This document shows positions 61,142 to 64,000 of a stretch of DNA of 64,000 nucleotides, piece after piece. The stretch lies in sequence record PP496441.1. One strand, given 5' to 3'. The notes under the pieces were generated by a model. The model did not search any database, was not told the origin of the DNA, and saw only the letters and a list, made by a program, of their open reading frames with translations. The position numbers and the translations under genes are program-made. Every line of letters begins with the position of its first letter. Within the stretch, counting starts at the first letter, position 1.

Positions 61142-63121
61142 TCAATTGATTCCGTACTTTTTGATAAAAGCGGAATAAGGGGTTTTATCGCCTTCGAAGG
61201 AATTGACCTTCGAGTTACTTGCCCCGTCTTTGTAGATCAGGGTCGTGGTAAGGTTCGCGCTGAACGGCCCAATGACGCCGCCGTTCTTCACGATGAACTC
61301 GTTTACCTTGCTGTCCCTTACACCGGTCAAGTAGAAGCGCTGACCTTTGAACAACTGGGACGCCACCCGAACCTTCTTCGGTGGCTTCGGCAACACGTAC
61401 GTCAATCCAGCCTTGGTATACGCCATGAAGGCCGTCATGAAGGCCGGAAGTGCTGCAATGAACTGATCCGCACGCTTAGGTCCGAATCCATCCAGTTCCG
61501 CCAGCTTTTCCCGCAATGCCTCACGGGAAGCTTTGGTCCGCTGCAAGCCCGTAGGATCACCCAGGCTCAACGCTGCCGGTTTCAGCAGTGTGAGTCCCAT
61601 CCCGTGGCCGAACGCCCCGCTGGCGACCATTAGGTCGGCTAGGTCAACGTCCACCACACAGTCGGCCAGCGCCGCAACGAACTTCTTAGCCGTCGGGGCA
61701 CCGAAACCAGCTTGCTCGACCAGCTCTTTGGCGAACCGGATCGGGGTTTTGGTCACTTTACGAATTAGGCCCTGTACGCCGCCAACGTCCATGTACTCTA
61801 GCATAGCGTCAAACGTGGCTTCCTTGAACCCTTCCAGGCCGAGCGTCACGAAGAAGAACGTCATGGACTTCGTAAGCTGTTGCTCTCCGCTACCAATGGT
61901 GCGGATGTTAACCCCGTTCTCATCCCAGTCGTACGACCCCGACTTGGGCAGATCGGCTTTACGTGCGGGGGTGACCACACCTGTGATGTAGGGGATCACG
62001 TCACCAGACCGGACTAGGGTGATGACGGCGCCTTTCCCTATCTTGTTGTCCTTTATGAACTTGGCGTTATGCCCTGTGGCCCACGTAACTTTGACACCCG
62101 CCAGTCGTACGGGAGTTATCTTGACGCGGGGCTTGAGCGTCCCGTATCTTGATTCGTTCCACTGGACTTCCTCAACAGTTGCTGTTGCCACCTCGGACAT
62201 CAGTGCGGACTTGAAGGCGAACTGATAGTCCGGGTTACCTGAACCCGAGGGGACACGACCCACCTTGGTCGTGGACACGATGATGCCGTCCATCTCGTAT
62301 ATCGACTTCTTGCGGCGGTCCAACAGGTAATCGGTCAGCTCATTGACATCCAGTCGCAGTACCTTCTTGACCATAGGGATCAGGAAGCCCATTGCCTTGA
62401 GTTTGGCGAACTGCTTGTCCACGTCCATGGCAGGCTTGACGATCTGGTACATGACCACTTTGATCTTCTTGCCCTTGAACACCGGCGGAATGATCTTGCT
62501 ATTCGCGGCACCGGCCACCAGATTGCGGGGGTTGGCGAAGTCGTCCTTGAACTGCTCGAAGGTGGCCACCGGCATGATCAGCTCACCCCGACCTTGCCAG
62601 CCATTGGGGATCGGCGGCAGTTCCAAATAAGGTGCCACGTGGCTGATGTCCAAGCCTTGATTCCCGTCGCCACGGGTGTACAGCTCCGGCTTCTTAGGAT
62701 TGGTTGTTCCCTTGATACCGATGGAGATGCCGTCCAGCTTGTCCGACAGCACGTAGGGGCCTGGGTTAGCTACCGCCCAGCGCAGGATGGACTTCTCGTC
62801 CAGATACTTGTTCATGCTGCCCATGCCGAACGGTAGTGACGTCTTGTTCAGCTCGTTGGATTTCGAACCCACCTGATACAGCTTCTTGTCCACGGTGAGG
62901 ATGACGGCCTCGAACTTGTCGAACTCTGCATCCGTCACGACAGGCACACCGGCGTAGTATGCGTCTTTCAGCAGTAGGTAGGCATCGGCCAGCTGCTTCT
63001 TGGGCACGGACTTCGCCGCTTCCACCTGCATGGCTTTGTTAGCCATGTGGATGATACCTAACACGAAATCTTTCAGTTCTTGGCGACCTTTCTTGGTGCC
63101 TATGGTGAACTTGGTCGCCAT
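61142..63121 (-). CDS. ligA: NAD-dependent DNA ligase
   Basis: Domain Ia 'YY...P..TDAEFD', 'SDKLDG', 'YTRGDG..G.D', 'RGE', 'NPRN..AG', 'DGII', 'AFK', OB fold and C-terminal BRCT. Confidence 0.93.
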   Translation of the reverse strand: MATKFTIGTKKGRQELKDFVLGIIHMANKAMQVEAAKSVPKKQLADAYLLLKDAYYAGVPVVTDAEFDKFEAVILTVDKKLYQVGSKSNELNKTSLPFGMGSMNKYLDEKSILRWAVANPGPYVLSDKLDGISIGIKGTTNPKKPELYTRGDGNQGLDISHVAPYLELPPIPNGWQGRGELIMPVATFEQFKDDFANPRNLVAGAANSKIIPPVFKGKKIKVVMYQIVKPAMDVDKQFAKLKAMGFLIPMVKKVLRLDVNELTDYLLDRRKKSIYEMDGIIVSTTKVGRVPSGSGNPDYQFAFKSALMSEVATATVEEVQWNESRYGTLKPRVKITPVRLAGVKVTWATGHNAKFIKDNKIGKGAVITLVRSGDVIPYITGVVTPARKADLPKSGSYDWDENGVNIRTIGSGEQQLTKSMTFFFVTLGLEGFKEATFDAMLEYMDVGGVQGLIRKVTKTPIRFAKELVEQAGFGAPTAKKFVAALADCVVDVDLADLMVASGAFGHGMGLTLLKPAALSLGDPTGLQRTKASREALREKLAELDGFGPKRADQFIAALPAFMTAFMAYTKAGLTYVLPKPPKKVRVASQLFKGQRFYLTGVRDSKVNEFIVKNGGVIGPFSANLTTTLIYKDGASNSKVNSFEGDKTPYSAFIKKYGIN

Positions 63122-63132
63122 CTAGATCGTCC

Positions 63133-63717
63133 TTATATGGGAATGGTGTCTATGTCAGCGAACCGCTGCATGCACCACTTGACGTAGGGTTTTACCTGCT
63201 CTGGCCATCGCTTCGTATACCCACGGGCGTACAACTCTACCATGCCGGGTACAGCCTCATAGTAGTTGCCGAAGGGATACACATCGAAGTTCTTGAGTTT
63301 CAAGCCGAGCAGCTGCATCAGTAATTTACCGTTCTGGATAGTCGTGGCATACGCCGGATTATCGTAGGTAAACCCCTTACGCCACTCGGTGAACTTCGGG
63401 TCTTGCGGGTTCTGGCCGAGCAAGGACAGCAGCAGGTCCCCGCTACGCAGTTGTTGCAGTGTCGTCCCTTCCTTCTCCAGCAGTGCGTGCGTACACTCAT
63501 GCAGCAAGGTGGCCCAAGCTTTCGGCTCGGTGAAGAAGGAGTCCCGGAGTAAGCAGGTGCCGCCGGTGAATGAAGCGGTAGGCTGGCCGTTGCCCGGAAT
63601 CAACGTGAAGGTGTGAGTCCGTGCATAACCGTAGACGGGCGCCCGCATGTTCTGCGGCATCTTATCGATGATCTTCAGTAACGCCGAGTTGTCAACCTCT
63701 TTCCCGCTTCGATCCAC
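63133..63717 (-). CDS. HExxH-containing hypothetical protein (zincin-like)
   Basis: 'LLHECTHALL'. Confidence 0.55.
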   Translation of the reverse strand: MDRSGKEVDNSALLKIIDKMPQNMRAPVYGYARTHTFTLIPGNGQPTASFTGGTCLLRDSFFTEPKAWATLLHECTHALLEKEGTTLQQLRSGDLLLSLLGQNPQDPKFTEWRKGFTYDNPAYATTIQNGKLLMQLLGLKLKNFDVYPFGNYYEAVPGMVELYARGYTKRWPEQVKPYVKWCMQRFADIDTIPI

Positions 63718-63722
63718 CGTCG

Positions 63723-64000
63723 TTACTTTGGGACCTCGGCAACCTCCATCAGGTGTGCCACTTCCGCAAAGTTCTCAGCGCTAGACAGAGCCGACATGCG
63801 TTCCCGGTACAACTGAATCTCGATGGGTTCCTCCAGCTCTTTCAGGAACTTTTCCAACTTGGTCTTGAACCGCTCAGTGTACGGCTTCTGAATGGTGATG
63901 TGTGCCTTGTAGTCTGGGAACGTCGGCGCCGCACCGATACCCAGTAGCTGGTTGTGCAGGTCAGTCAGTTCCTTGCAGTTGACCAGCAGGACCAGAGTGT
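63723..64000 (-). CDS. acb1: Acb1/T4 57B-like 2H phosphoesterase (anti-CBASS nuclease), 5' end outside the window
   Basis: My translation: 'TLVLLVNCKELTDLHNQLLGIGAAPTFPDYKAHITI...', matching the Acb1 pattern LVL...L...H......GA...F.DY.PHITL. Confidence 0.72.
   Translation of the reverse strand, partial: TLVLLVNCKELTDLHNQLLGIGAAPTFPDYKAHITIQKPYTERFKTKLEKFLKELEEPIEIQLYRERMSALSSAENFAEVAHLMEVAEVPK

Noticed and set aside
61090-61144. Readthrough of the ligase TGA (also followed by CTG) into the basic protein
   Set aside because: The basic protein's ATG is in a different frame and has its own GGAGAG RBS.
51185-63121. Inteins or group I introns in the SNF2, ligase or RecA genes
   Set aside because: No intein splice motifs (N-terminal Cys/Ser block, C-terminal His-Asn), LAGLIDADG insert or split frames were seen; the HNH gene is free-standing.
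1-64000. Genome-wide TGA reassignment (alternative genetic code) as the explanation for the 15332 readthrough
   Set aside because: Many genes end in TGA overlapping the next ATG (404-407, 3253-3256, 35958-35961, 43441-43444), and long genes have no internal TGA.

Overview
This window is a 64-kb segment of a large lytic myovirus (jumbo-phage type) genome, densely coding, mostly on the minus strand, with GC in the mid-50s judged by eye. The host is probably a Pseudomonas-like proteobacterium; this is inferred from the PL7 alginate lyase, the spanins and the gene content, which resembles PaBG/Lu11/RSL1-type phages (not verified). Left to right: (1) + strand small accessory ORFs ending in a PL7 alginate lyase, convergent with two virion-appendage genes, one carrying an SGNH esterase; (2) a recombination/replication/transcription block with RecA/UvsX, an acidic repeat protein, a gp32-like SSB, a sigma factor, a SWIM protein, a TGT/DpdA-like transglycosylase, a zincin, an acyl carrier protein, a SLOG protein, a Cas4-like nuclease and a primase; (3) a lysis cassette with spanins, a holin-like protein, a degenerate amidase and a permuted papain-like enzyme; (4) a tail fibre, baseplate, PAAR-peptidase, spike, tape measure and tail chaperone module; (5) a giant SNF2-like ATPase, HNH, NUDIX, a basic protein, an NAD-dependent ligase and a truncated Acb1-like anti-CBASS gene at the right edge. 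The strongest unexplained signals are a probable UGA readthrough adding a basic tail to the acidic protein, a probable +1 frameshift at CCC_TTT_CGT in the tail chaperone, an alginate lyase/esterase cassette whose two facing genes share a 13-nt upstream element, a phage ACP near a TGT/DpdA-like gene, a catalytically degenerate endolysin, and a candidate late promoter CTAATT-N4-GYAT. All family calls come from motif recognition by eye; no database searches were run.
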